DNA from: Candidatus Aldehydirespirator sp.
GTDB lineage: Bacteria > Actinomycetota > Acidimicrobiia > Acidimicrobiales > Aldehydirespiratoraceae
DNA: 64,000 nt
Reading direction: 5' to 3'
Assembly (NCBI GenBank): GCA_965205155.1
Contig: OZ242033.1
Span: forward strand, 628,590 to 692,589
In this document: one piece after another, positions 1-7,519 of the stretch
Layout: every line of letters starts with the position of its first letter
Numbering within the stretch: the stretch's first letter is position 1
The notes under the pieces: model-generated
Database searches by the model: none
The model's input: the letters and a program-made list of their open reading frames with translations, nothing else
What the model was told of the DNA's origin: nothing
Translations under genes and position numbers: made by a program

Positions 1-87
1 GTGCAGCTCATGCGGGAGTGCGGGGTGAAGATCGTCAAGCTGCCTTCCGACTTCGGAACCACCGTCCCGAAGGTTCTGCGCCGCTAG
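1..87 (+). CDS. 3-prime end of an unidentified CDS entering from upstream (…VQLMRECGVKIVKLPSDFGTTVPKVLRR*)
   Basis: Frame 1 is open from base 1 to TAG at 85-87. The gene is convergent with the next gene. The fragment is too short to assign a family. Confidence 0.3.
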   Translation: MQLMRECGVKIVKLPSDFGTTVPKVLRR

Positions 88-89
88 GT

Positions 90-2483
90 CTAGCCGCGGA
101 CCCGGGTCTTGTCGGGGTCGTAGAACGGGTACCGCACCACCTCGGCCGCGATCCGCTTCTCGTGGCCGTCGAGCTTGCCGATCTCTACCGCGGTGCCGAT
201 CTCGGCGTGCTCGACCGCCATGCGGCACAGGGCGATGTTCTTGCGCAGTATGGGCGAGACAGTGCCGCTGGTGATCACGCCCACCTGATTGCGACCGGCG
301 TACACACCGTCGCCGTGGGCGGCGGGTTCGCCCCCGGCCACCTCCAGGCCCACCAGCCGTCGCTGCGGGTTGTCACGGCGCTTCAGGAGGGCGTCACGGC
401 CGATGAAGTCGTCCTCCTTGGTCTTGAGCGGCACCGTGAAGCCGATCCCGGCCTCGTAGGGGTCGGTCTGGTCGCAGAACTCGTACCCGGCGAAGATGAG
501 GCCGGCCTCGATGCGCAGCATGTCGAGCGCGGCCAGGCCCATGGGCACCAGGCCGTGCTCGGCGCCGGCCTCGAAGATGGCGTCCCACACCGCGGGTGCG
601 TCCGAGGGGTGGCAGAACACTTCGAAGCCGAGCTCGCCGGTGTAGCCGGTGCGAGACACCACCAGCGGGATCCCGTCGTAGTCACCGATGCGGGCGATGG
701 CGAACCGGAACCATCCCAGCTCCGCGATCGTCGGCTGGTCGGGACGGGTCCAGATCACCTGATCGAGGATCCGGCGGCTGTTGGGCCCCTGGACCTGGAG
801 GTTGTGGAGCTGCTCGGTGGAGCTGCGCACCCAGACCTGCAACCCCAGACGGGTGGCCTGCTCTCGTAGCCACACGCCGCTGTAGCCCAGCTGGCCGCCG
901 ATCCAGCGGAAGTTCTCGCGCCCGAGCCGGAACACCGTGCCGTCGTCGATCATGCCGCCGGTGTCGAGGCACATGGCGGTGTACGACACCTGGCCGTCGG
1001 AGAGCTTGCGGACGTTGCGGGTGACGCAGGTCTGCATCAGCAACTCGGCGTCGGGGCCGGTGACCTCGTACTTGCGCAGCGGGGAGAGGTCTATGGCCGC
1101 CGCGGCCTGCCGGCAGGCCCAGTACTCCTCGATGGGGCCGTGGGCGGTGTAGGAATCGGCCAGCCAGTAGCCGCAGTACTCGCTGAAGCTGCGGGTCAAC
1201 CCGGAGGTGCGGGGATGGAACCCCGTCTCCTTGGTCAGCTGTGCCTCGGAGTCTGCGGTCATGCGGATCGCCGTCGCTTTCTTGAACCGGTTGGCAGAGG
1301 GATAGACCCGCACCGCGATGTCGGTCGGGTTCCAGGCGTTGGCCGCGTCGATGTCGTCGGGGCATGAGGTGGACACGCACACCAGGTCCTCCAGAGCTCG
1401 CAGCAGGACGTAGTCGCCCGGACGGGACCACGGCTCGTCGAGGTAGATCTGGTTGTGGTCGTCGAGGTTGGTGTTGTAGAAGAAGTTGATGGCCTCCCAG
1501 CCCCGGCGGCGGGCCACTCCGTAGGGGTCGAGGACGTCGTTGATGTTGTCGGTGCAGTTGATGTGGCCGGGGTAGCCCAACTCCTCGTAGTAGCGGGCGT
1601 TGCAGGCGGTGTTGAAGGTGTCATGGCGGCCGACGGTGTCCTGGATCACCTCGACCAGGGGCTGCATCCTGGCGTTGTAGAACTTGGAGTAGAGGCCGGG
1701 CGCCGGGCAGGTCGCTCCCATGAGGGAGCGGGTGATGGTGGCGTCGAGGCTCACGTCGGCGCCGGCGTCGAGATCGGCAACCGCGAAGCACTGGAAGTCG
1801 GAGCATTGCCGCCCTTCCACATCGACGACCTGGAACCAGTCGCCCTTGGCAACCTCGTAGGCCCTGGCGGTGCTGTGCTTCACGATGAAGTCCTGGCTGG
1901 GATCGGCCAGCGGTGCGGGCAGCAGAGGCTCGGTGGAGGCGCGGGTTGCATCGCGGCGGTGCACGAAGGCGATCAGGTCGGTGGGGGGAGAACCGCCGTG
2001 GGCCGGCATCGACTCGCCGGGCGCGACGATCACGCAGGCGACGTCGGCATGGGCCACCATCCTGGCCCGGGCGCCGGGTGCGGTGTCGTCGCCCAGGACC
2101 CTCAATGGAGTCGCGGCCCGCAACGCGGCCAGATCCACCCCGACGCGTTCGAGCCCGACCCGCACCCGGCGGGCGTCCTGAAGCCCCGCGGAGAGGATGC
2201 CTACCGCGGCCGGATCCTCGGTAGGTCGAGCCCGACTGCCGTTGCCGTTCCCCGAAGCGTCCGCGGGGCCGAGGAGGCTGGGATCGGATCGGCCGCCGGC
2301 GTCGAATGCCACCAGCTCGCAAGGCTGGCGACCCTCGGGATCGACAATCTCCAGCTCGTCGCCCGCGTCGAGGGCCAGGACGGTGGCGCCGCCGCCGGTC
2401 ACCCGGTAGCGCTCCACTCCTGGTCCGAGCAGCAACAGCGGCGGCACCAGCCCTATGGGCTGCCCGGAGAGAGTCGTAGTCAT
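90..2483 (-). CDS. DUF1989-domain / GcvT-type aminomethyltransferase fusion protein
   Basis: ORF 90..2546. I prefer the internal ATG at 2483 (MTTTLSGQ…) because it lies 4 nt after the stop of the upstream membrane-protein gene. The middle part (FIVKHSTARAYEVAKGDWFQVVDVEGRQCSDFQCF…) resembles DUF1989 / urea-carboxylase-associated proteins. The last ~360 aa (SRTGYTGELGFEVF, MGLAALDMLRIEAGL, VGVITSGTVSP) have GcvT/aminomethyltransferase hallmarks. Confidence 0.8.
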   Translation of the reverse strand: MTTTLSGQPIGLVPPLLLLGPGVERYRVTGGGATVLALDAGDELEIVDPEGRQPCELVAFDAGGRSDPSLLGPADASGNGNGSRARPTEDPAAVGILSAGLQDARRVRVGLERVGVDLAALRAATPLRVLGDDTAPGARARMVAHADVACVIVAPGESMPAHGGSPPTDLIAFVHRRDATRASTEPLLPAPLADPSQDFIVKHSTARAYEVAKGDWFQVVDVEGRQCSDFQCFAVADLDAGADVSLDATITRSLMGATCPAPGLYSKFYNARMQPLVEVIQDTVGRHDTFNTACNARYYEELGYPGHINCTDNINDVLDPYGVARRRGWEAINFFYNTNLDDHNQIYLDEPWSRPGDYVLLRALEDLVCVSTSCPDDIDAANAWNPTDIAVRVYPSANRFKKATAIRMTADSEAQLTKETGFHPRTSGLTRSFSEYCGYWLADSYTAHGPIEEYWACRQAAAAIDLSPLRKYEVTGPDAELLMQTCVTRNVRKLSDGQVSYTAMCLDTGGMIDDGTVFRLGRENFRWIGGQLGYSGVWLREQATRLGLQVWVRSSTEQLHNLQVQGPNSRRILDQVIWTRPDQPTIAELGWFRFAIARIGDYDGIPLVVSRTGYTGELGFEVFCHPSDAPAVWDAIFEAGAEHGLVPMGLAALDMLRIEAGLIFAGYEFCDQTDPYEAGIGFTVPLKTKEDDFIGRDALLKRRDNPQRRLVGLEVAGGEPAAHGDGVYAGRNQVGVITSGTVSPILRKNIALCRMAVEHAEIGTAVEIGKLDGHEKRIAAEVVRYPFYDPDKTRVRG

Positions 2484-2487
2484 GGCG

Positions 2488-2898
2488 TCAACGCCTCCGT
2501 CTACCCAAGGGCCCAGCGAGTCCGTGCCCTGGAGGTTTGCCTTCACCGCCGGATGCGGACACTCCGGCGAACATGTCCCAGATCAGCAGGACGACGGCCA
2601 CGAGGGAGACCGCGGCCGCTATCCAGAGTCCCGATGCGGGATCGGTCTCGCCGTCGAGGATCTTCCGGATGGTGATGGCCCCGGCGAAGCCGGCGCCGAT
2701 CCAGGCCGGTCGCCAGCCCACCTGGATCAGCCCTACGGTGATCAGGCTCACGACCAGGACCAACTGGCCGTCATTGACGGCGACTCCCCGCACCGACTCC
2801 GTCCCACCATCGGCTGCGGTGGTATGCCACGGCAGGAACATCACCGCGGCCGCAACGGCCGCGCAGACCTGCGCGATCCGCTTGCGAGGGATCCTCAC
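2488..2898 (-). CDS. hypothetical integral membrane protein (136 aa)
   Basis: ORF with a GTG start and three hydrophobic stretches (LVLVVSLITVGLIQVGW, AWIGAGFAGAITI, LWIAAAVSLVAVVLLIW). No clear SD, so the start is uncertain. Confidence 0.5.
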   Translation of the reverse strand: MRIPRKRIAQVCAAVAAAVMFLPWHTTAADGGTESVRGVAVNDGQLVLVVSLITVGLIQVGWRPAWIGAGFAGAITIRKILDGETDPASGLWIAAAVSLVAVVLLIWDMFAGVSASGGEGKPPGHGLAGPLGRRRR

Positions 2899-2931
2899 GG
2901 CGTCAGGCTAGAGGCCCAAGTGCAGGGGCTG

Positions 2932-2954
2932 GCGCCGCACCGCCAGTGCGGCGC
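2932..2954 (-). other. GC-rich intercistronic stem-loop (9-bp perfect stem GCGCCGCAC / GTGCGGCGC, 5-nt loop)
   Basis: Read directly from the sequence between the 41-aa and 136-aa genes. No U-tract follows, so it is not a canonical intrinsic terminator. Confidence 0.4.
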
Positions 2955-2988
2955 GGCGCCAGCCGCCTTGAATGGGGTGAGCCAGGTG

Positions 2989-3114
2989 TCAGAAAGCCTG
3001 GATGGCGATGATGGTGAAGACGATGCAGGCGATCGTGAAGACGATGAACGCCATCTCGATGCCCTTGTCGTGTCCCTGCTTGCCCTGGAACTCGATTTGC
3101 TTACGACGAGCCAT
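2989..3114 (-). CDS. small single-pass membrane protein, 41 aa (MARRKQIEFQGKQGHDKGIEMAFIVFTIACIVFTIIAIQAF)
   Basis: Absent from the ORF track, presumably because it is too short. ATG at 3114 is preceded by GGAGGACTGAC. It starts 1 nt after the stop of the 74-aa gene. Basic N-terminus followed by one hydrophobic helix. Confidence 0.55.
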   Translation of the reverse strand: MARRKQIEFQGKQGHDKGIEMAFIVFTIACIVFTIIAIQAF

Positions 3115-3115
3115 G

Positions 3116-3340
3116 TCAGTCCTCCGAGCTGTACTTGTCGGCGAGCCGGTCGGCTGCGTGGTTCAGCAGCTTGTCCTCGCGAACGGTCACGAGCAGTGCC
3201 GAGACTACCGAAACCGCGATCCCGATGATGGAGAGGACGATCGAGGGGCCTGCACCGAATACGGGGCCTTCGGCCCACGTGAAGTACGCGCCAGCCAACT
3301 CGACGCCCTGTTCCCAACTGTCGAAGGGGAAGCTGTTCAT
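3116..3340 (-). CDS. small membrane protein, 74 aa
   Basis: ORF 3116..3340 with ATG preceded by AAGGAGGACTGA. One TM helix (IVLSIIGIAVSVVSALLV). Confidence 0.6.
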   Translation of the reverse strand: MNSFPFDSWEQGVELAGAYFTWAEGPVFGAGPSIVLSIIGIAVSVVSALLVTVREDKLLNHAADRLADKYSSED

Positions 3341-3366
3341 TCAGTCCTCCTTAGTTCTGAACGTTG

Positions 3367-3495
3367 TTAGTGGTCGTGTCGATGATCCTGTACCTCCAGC
3401 TGCGCTCGCCGGCGCTTGCCCCAGTACCCGGCGGCTGCGACCACCAGGTACATGACGGCAAGGGCGCCGATGAGCTGCAGCCATGAGGCAGACAC
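3367..3495 (-). CDS. possible 42-aa membrane peptide (VSASWLQLIGALAVMYLVVAAAGYWGKRRRAQLEVQDHRHDH)
   Basis: GTG lies 3 nt after the amt stop and in the same frame. Hydrophobic helix followed by a basic tail. No SD, so any expression would depend on termination-reinitiation. Hand-translated and speculative. Confidence 0.3.
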   Translation of the reverse strand: MSASWLQLIGALAVMYLVVAAAGYWGKRRRAQLEVQDHRHDH

Positions 3496-3498
3496 CGA

Positions 3499-4887
3499 CT
3501 AGCGGTTGGCGGCCAGGTCCGCCCGCAGCGTGGCTTTGGCCGATTCCGTGGAGCCGTCGGCATGGATGATGGGCTCGTCGGCCCGGCCGAACTCCGGATA
3601 GAAGTCCGTCTCGAATTCGGCCATGTCGAGGCCCTCGACCTCCACCTCGGGCGGGACCCTCAGCAGGTTCAGCTTCTTGAGGATCCAGGACGCTACGTAG
3701 CCAGTGACGAACGACAGCGCGAAGATCGAGGTGACGCCCACAAGCTGGCCCAGGAAGCTGGTCTCCACGCCGGCGGGGCCCGTCGGGTACCCGCTGGCGA
3801 AGATGCCAACGGCCAGCGCGCCCCACATTCCCATGAAGCCGTGGACCGACACCGCGCCGACCGCGTCGTCGACACGGGCCTTGCTCTCCAGCCAGCCGCC
3901 GATGTAGTAGCAGGCTCCGGCCGAGAAGAAGGCCAGGATCAGCACCAGGTTGGGGCTGTAGATGTCGGCGCCCGCCGATACCGCCACCACGCCGGCCAGG
4001 CCTCCGGAGATGGTCCAGAACGGATCACCCTTGGAGAAGATGTACCCGCCGGCGAAACCGCCCGCGAAGCCCATCGTGATGGTGTAGGTGATGGCCGACA
4101 GCGTGGCCGGGTTGAAGTAGATGTTGGCCCAGCCCGGAGTGGTGTCGGCTGTGATGGCGAGGCACGCCGCGTAGAAGGCGTAGAACGCGGTGAAGATGAT
4201 CATCAGCCCCATCAGCGTGAGGTGCAGGTTGTGGGGCTTGAAAGCCCTCGTGCCGCCGTTGCTGTCGTACCTGCCGATCCTCGGACCGAGGTTGTACAGC
4301 ACGCCCAGGGCGAAGATGCCGGCCACACCGTGGACCACCATCGAAGCCGCGAAGTCGTGGTAGCCGAAGTGCACGCCCAGCCAGCCTCCGTAGCTCCATC
4401 CCCAAGCCGCGGCGACGACCCATACCAGGCCGCCCATCAGGGCGGTCAGCCACAGGTAGGCCGAGATTCGGATGCGCTCGATCACCGCGCCGGACATGAT
4501 CGATCCCGTCGTCCAGGAGAACAGCACGAAGGCCGCCCAGAAGACGCCGGTGATGTTGTCGCCGAGGTGCGGTCCCGCGGAGCCGTCCCACGCCAGGCCG
4601 TAGCCGTCACCGCAGAAGTAAAGCCCCGTCAGACCTGCGGGGCTTGCTCCATCGGCTGAGACTGTGAACTTCAGACCCTCCTGCATGCAGAAGTACACGT
4701 ACCAGCCGAGGTAGTAGAACGTCGGCGTCACCACGGCAATCGTCATGATGTTCTTCATCGCCGTCGACATGATGTTCTTGCGGCGGCTGACGCCGGCTTC
4801 GTAGGTCATGAACCCCACGTGCAGCAGCCACATAATGGCGACGGTGAAGAAGTAGTAAGCCTCGGTGAACACAATTGCTGTGTTCAT
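3499..4887 (-). CDS. amt: ammonium transporter (Amt/MEP/Rh family)
   Basis: ORF 3499..4971. Start placed at MNTAIVF (4887), preceded by GGGGGTGAG. Multi-TM protein with Amt motifs (DFAASMVVHGVAG, AVSVHGFMGMWGAL). Confidence 0.9.
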   Translation of the reverse strand: MNTAIVFTEAYYFFTVAIMWLLHVGFMTYEAGVSRRKNIMSTAMKNIMTIAVVTPTFYYLGWYVYFCMQEGLKFTVSADGASPAGLTGLYFCGDGYGLAWDGSAGPHLGDNITGVFWAAFVLFSWTTGSIMSGAVIERIRISAYLWLTALMGGLVWVVAAAWGWSYGGWLGVHFGYHDFAASMVVHGVAGIFALGVLYNLGPRIGRYDSNGGTRAFKPHNLHLTLMGLMIIFTAFYAFYAACLAITADTTPGWANIYFNPATLSAITYTITMGFAGGFAGGYIFSKGDPFWTISGGLAGVVAVSAGADIYSPNLVLILAFFSAGACYYIGGWLESKARVDDAVGAVSVHGFMGMWGALAVGIFASGYPTGPAGVETSFLGQLVGVTSIFALSFVTGYVASWILKKLNLLRVPPEVEVEGLDMAEFETDFYPEFGRADEPIIHADGSTESAKATLRADLAANR

Positions 4888-4975
4888 TGACTCACCCCCA
4901 ATTCTTCTTGTCCGCTCCGACCGATCGGCCGGACCCGCCGACAATAGCACACACCTTGCCGCCGTTCCCATCGGG

Positions 4976-5040
4976 CTCTTTCCGAGGGTTCGCGAACCTT
5001 TCCCAGAGTTCGCGAGTCTTTCTCAGGGTTCGCGGCGGAG
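4976..5040 (-). promoter_or_regulatory. three direct repeats at an exact 20-bp period upstream of amt (plus-strand GTTCGCGA at 4988, 5008 and 5028; the first is embedded in the palindrome GGTTCGCGAACC)
   Basis: Read directly: GGGTTCGCGAACCTTTCCCA / GAGTTCGCGAGTCTTTCTCA / GGGTTCGCGGCGG. Located ~100-150 nt upstream of the amt start, in the 4888-5043 intergenic region. Confidence 0.55.
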
Positions 5041-5043
5041 CGA

Positions 5044-5442
5044 CTACTCCTCGTCCGGCTGGTGGACGATGACTTGCTCGAGCTCGCCGGTATTGGCGTT
5101 GACCCAGATGTCGGCCTTGTGGAGGAAGTCCTCGGGGCCGCCCTCGGGGTCGGCCACGCTGAAGACCACCACCCACATCAACTTGGCCGGGAAGCCCTGG
5201 CGCAGCAGCTTGGCCTCTGTCTTCTCCGGGGCGAAGGCGTCGGGCTCGGCGGCCAGCGCCGTCGAGGCAGTCGCGACGGCCTGCTCCTCGTCCACCTGCC
5301 TGCCGCCGCAGCTCTGGGGAGCGAAGACGGAGACGCCCACCAGCAGCAATCCGACCGCGATCAGCAGCCTGGTGCGTCCCTGCATAGCGCGGAGTCGGCC
5401 CGGCAGACCTGCGGGCGTCGGGTCGGGCGTCGGGTCGGTCAT
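5044..5442 (-). CDS. putative exported protein (signal/anchor helix, possibly PepSY-like C-terminus)
   Basis: ORF with N-terminal RLLIAVGLLLVGVSVFA followed by a soluble domain ending …IWVNANTGELEQVIV. Family assignment is tentative. Confidence 0.5.
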   Translation of the reverse strand: MTDPTPDPTPAGLPGRLRAMQGRTRLLIAVGLLLVGVSVFAPQSCGGRQVDEEQAVATASTALAAEPDAFAPEKTEAKLLRQGFPAKLMWVVVFSVADPEGGPEDFLHKADIWVNANTGELEQVIVHQPDEE

Positions 5443-5473
5443 GATTGCGGTTCCGGCGCGTCGGGAGGCGGGG

Positions 5474-5701
5474 TCAGGCCTTGTCGGGAGGGCGGACGAA
5501 GAAGCGCAGAATTATGTATCCCAGCACGTGCGTGATGGCCACGATGCTAACCCACCACAGCATCACGTGAATCCGGTAGCCGCGCTCGCGGCACTCCCAG
5601 ACCGTGAGGCCCACCGCGCCGGCGAGCAGGATCCACAGCACGAGGCTCTGGCGGACGGCGTTGCCCTCGCTGAACCAATCGAGGATGATCAGCAGGCCCA
5701 T
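5474..5701 (-). CDS. small two-TM membrane protein (75 aa)
   Basis: Internal start MGLLIILDW… at 5701, preceded by GGAGGATGACGCC. It lies 4 nt downstream of the regulator stop. Confidence 0.55.
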   Translation of the reverse strand: MGLLIILDWFSEGNAVRQSLVLWILLAGAVGLTVWECRERGYRIHVMLWWVSIVAITHVLGYIILRFFVRPPDKA

Positions 5702-5705
5702 GGCG

Positions 5706-6386
5706 TCATCCTCCTGTCGCGGGCCGCGGCTCGCTGGCCGGGTACACCTTGATGGAGATGAAACGTATCGGCAACTCGACGAGCTCGACCGGGCCGTGGG
5801 CCACCTCGCCGTGGATCTGCATGGTGTCGCCCGCATCGAGGCGGTAGGCCCTGCCTCCGTAGCCGTAGTCGATCGATCCCTCCAGAACATGGATGAACTC
5901 CACGCCGGGATGCTGGTAGAGGGGGAACACCCCGCCCCGCTCGGTGATGGTGGTGATCATCGGCTCGATAACCCGGTTGGGACCGCGAAGGGTGCCGAGA
6001 TCCTGGTACAGCCGCCCCGGACCTCCTCCCTGGTGGTGGATCTCATGGCCCTCACCGGCCTTCACGATCACCAGGTCGTGCTCCTCGTCCAGGCCGCGGA
6101 ACAGCGCGGTGACCGGGACCCGGGCGGTGGCCGCGAGGCGCACGAGCGTCGACAGGCTCGGAGCGCTCTGGCCGTGCTCGATCTTGGAGAGCATCCCGAG
6201 GGAGATCTCGGCGCCGGCCGCGAATGCCGACATCGTCATGTTCAGCGACCGGCGGAACTCGCGGACCCGGCTTCCCACCACACGACACACCTCCTCGGTG
6301 GAGACCGAGGCTCCCAGGGCGTCGGCGAGGTCCCGGTCGATGCTGTCGCCGTCGGGACCGGATTGGGTGGCGTCCGCTAGGGCCAT
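5706..6386 (-). CDS. XRE-family HTH transcriptional regulator with C-terminal cupin domain
   Basis: HTH_3-like segment (LNMTMSAFAAGAEISLGMLSKIEHGQSAPSLSTLVRLA) plus a cupin-like C-terminus (GVEFIHVLEGSIDYG…GDTMQIHGEVAHG). Confidence 0.85.
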   Translation of the reverse strand: MALADATQSGPDGDSIDRDLADALGASVSTEEVCRVVGSRVREFRRSLNMTMSAFAAGAEISLGMLSKIEHGQSAPSLSTLVRLAATARVPVTALFRGLDEEHDLVIVKAGEGHEIHHQGGGPGRLYQDLGTLRGPNRVIEPMITTITERGGVFPLYQHPGVEFIHVLEGSIDYGYGGRAYRLDAGDTMQIHGEVAHGPVELVELPIRFISIKVYPASEPRPATGG

Positions 6387-6567
6387 TCCGAAGATAATGC
6401 CAGACCGCGACGGGTTCAGAAATACTCGGGCCGCCAGAGCCGGTGTGGGCCGCGGCCGGCCGGGCCTTCAACCGGTGCCCGGCCCGCCACATTGGCTAAC
6501 TGCTGCCGTCCGGACCTATCGTCGAGCCCGTATCGGAGGCTCCGGCCTCGGAGGAGACTGCGCAACG

Positions 6568-7041
6568 ATGATCTCAGGAATGAACCACGCGGTTCTCTAT
6601 GTGCGCGATGCCCGCCGCCACCAGAGGTTCTACGCCGACGTGCTCGGTTTCGCCACCGTGATCGACGGACCCGGTGCCTACGTCTTCATGCGGGCGCCGC
6701 ACTCGGAGAACCACCACGACATCGTGTTCTTCTCGATCGGTGAGGATGCCGGCGCCTCTCAGGCCGGCCGGAGCACGGTCGGCCTGTATCACATCGCCTG
6801 GGAGGTCGGCACCCTCGACGAGCTGGTCGAGATGCGCGAGCGGCTGATCGCAGCCGGAGCCCTGGTCGGTCAGAGCGACCACGGTCCCAACAAGAGCCTC
6901 TACGCCAAGGATCCCGACGGCTTGGAGTTCGAGGTGATGTGGCTGGTGCCGCGGGAGCATTGGGGAGACGAGGAGCACCAGGCCATCATCCGCCCGCTCG
7001 ACCTCGACGCCGACAGGGCACGGTTCGCCGCGCTCAGCTGA
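6568..7041 (+). CDS. VOC-family (glyoxalase / extradiol dioxygenase-like) protein
   Basis: Real start MISGMNHAVLYVRD at 6568, with GGAGGAG upstream. VOC-like pattern (HIAWEV…LYAKDPDGLEFEV). Confidence 0.8.
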   Translation: MISGMNHAVLYVRDARRHQRFYADVLGFATVIDGPGAYVFMRAPHSENHHDIVFFSIGEDAGASQAGRSTVGLYHIAWEVGTLDELVEMRERLIAAGALVGQSDHGPNKSLYAKDPDGLEFEVMWLVPREHWGDEEHQAIIRPLDLDADRARFAALS

Positions 7042-7098
7042 TCCGCCGGGCCGGATCCAACCGACGTCGAGGGCGGGAGACGACAAGGAGCAGCGCCC

Positions 7099-7497
7099 AT
7101 GAGCATCGCCGAGAGTCTCGGCAACCCGTATTGCTACTTCCTCGACGACGACGCCTTCGTCGAGACCGCCCGTCCAGGCTTCAGGCACCGGGTGATCACC
7201 GGCGAGCACCTGCAACTCTGCTTCTGGCGCATCGCCGGGGGGTCGGCGGGCTCGGTGCTCCACAACCACACCGAGAACGAGCAACTCGGCGTCATCATGC
7301 GGGGCAAGCTCGACTTCCGCATCGGTCCCGAAGGGGCCAACGACGAGCGCATCGTGCTCAGCGAGGGCGACTCATACCTGGCGCCCCGCTCGGTATGGCA
7401 CGGCGACTCGGTGTTCATTGGCGACGACGCCTACGGCGAGTGCTGGATCCTCGACGTGTTCGCCCCGCCCCGCGCTGACCTGGCCGACACGGGCTGA
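7099..7497 (+). CDS. cupin-domain protein
   Basis: ORF 7099..7497 with a cupin_2-like core (VLHNHTENEQLGVIMRGKL…WHGD). Confidence 0.7.
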   Translation: MSIAESLGNPYCYFLDDDAFVETARPGFRHRVITGEHLQLCFWRIAGGSAGSVLHNHTENEQLGVIMRGKLDFRIGPEGANDERIVLSEGDSYLAPRSVWHGDSVFIGDDAYGECWILDVFAPPRADLADTG

Positions 7498-7519
7498 CCG
7501 CCGGCGGACATGCGCTGAC

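Noticed and set aside
2484-2546. Glycine riboswitch or separate promoter in front of the GcvT-like gene, and the longer GTG start at 2546
   Set aside because: Only 4 nt separate the preferred ATG (2483) from the upstream stop, so there is no room for a leader. The longer start would overlap the upstream gene by 59 nt. This was kept as a start-site uncertainty, not a feature.
3341-3826. 161-aa minus-strand ORF overlapping the 3-prime end of amt
   Set aside because: It is an alternate frame of amt, with Arg/Gly/Pro-rich translation. Only the short same-frame peptide after the amt stop (3367-3495) was retained, at low confidence.
4976-5040. Calling the amt-upstream repeats a GlnR box or an AmtR box outright
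   Set aside because: The half-sites (CGCGAAC…GAAAG, 20-bp period) do not match the GlnR (gTnAc-n6-GaAAc) or AmtR consensus as I remember them. They are reported only as an unassigned operator candidate.
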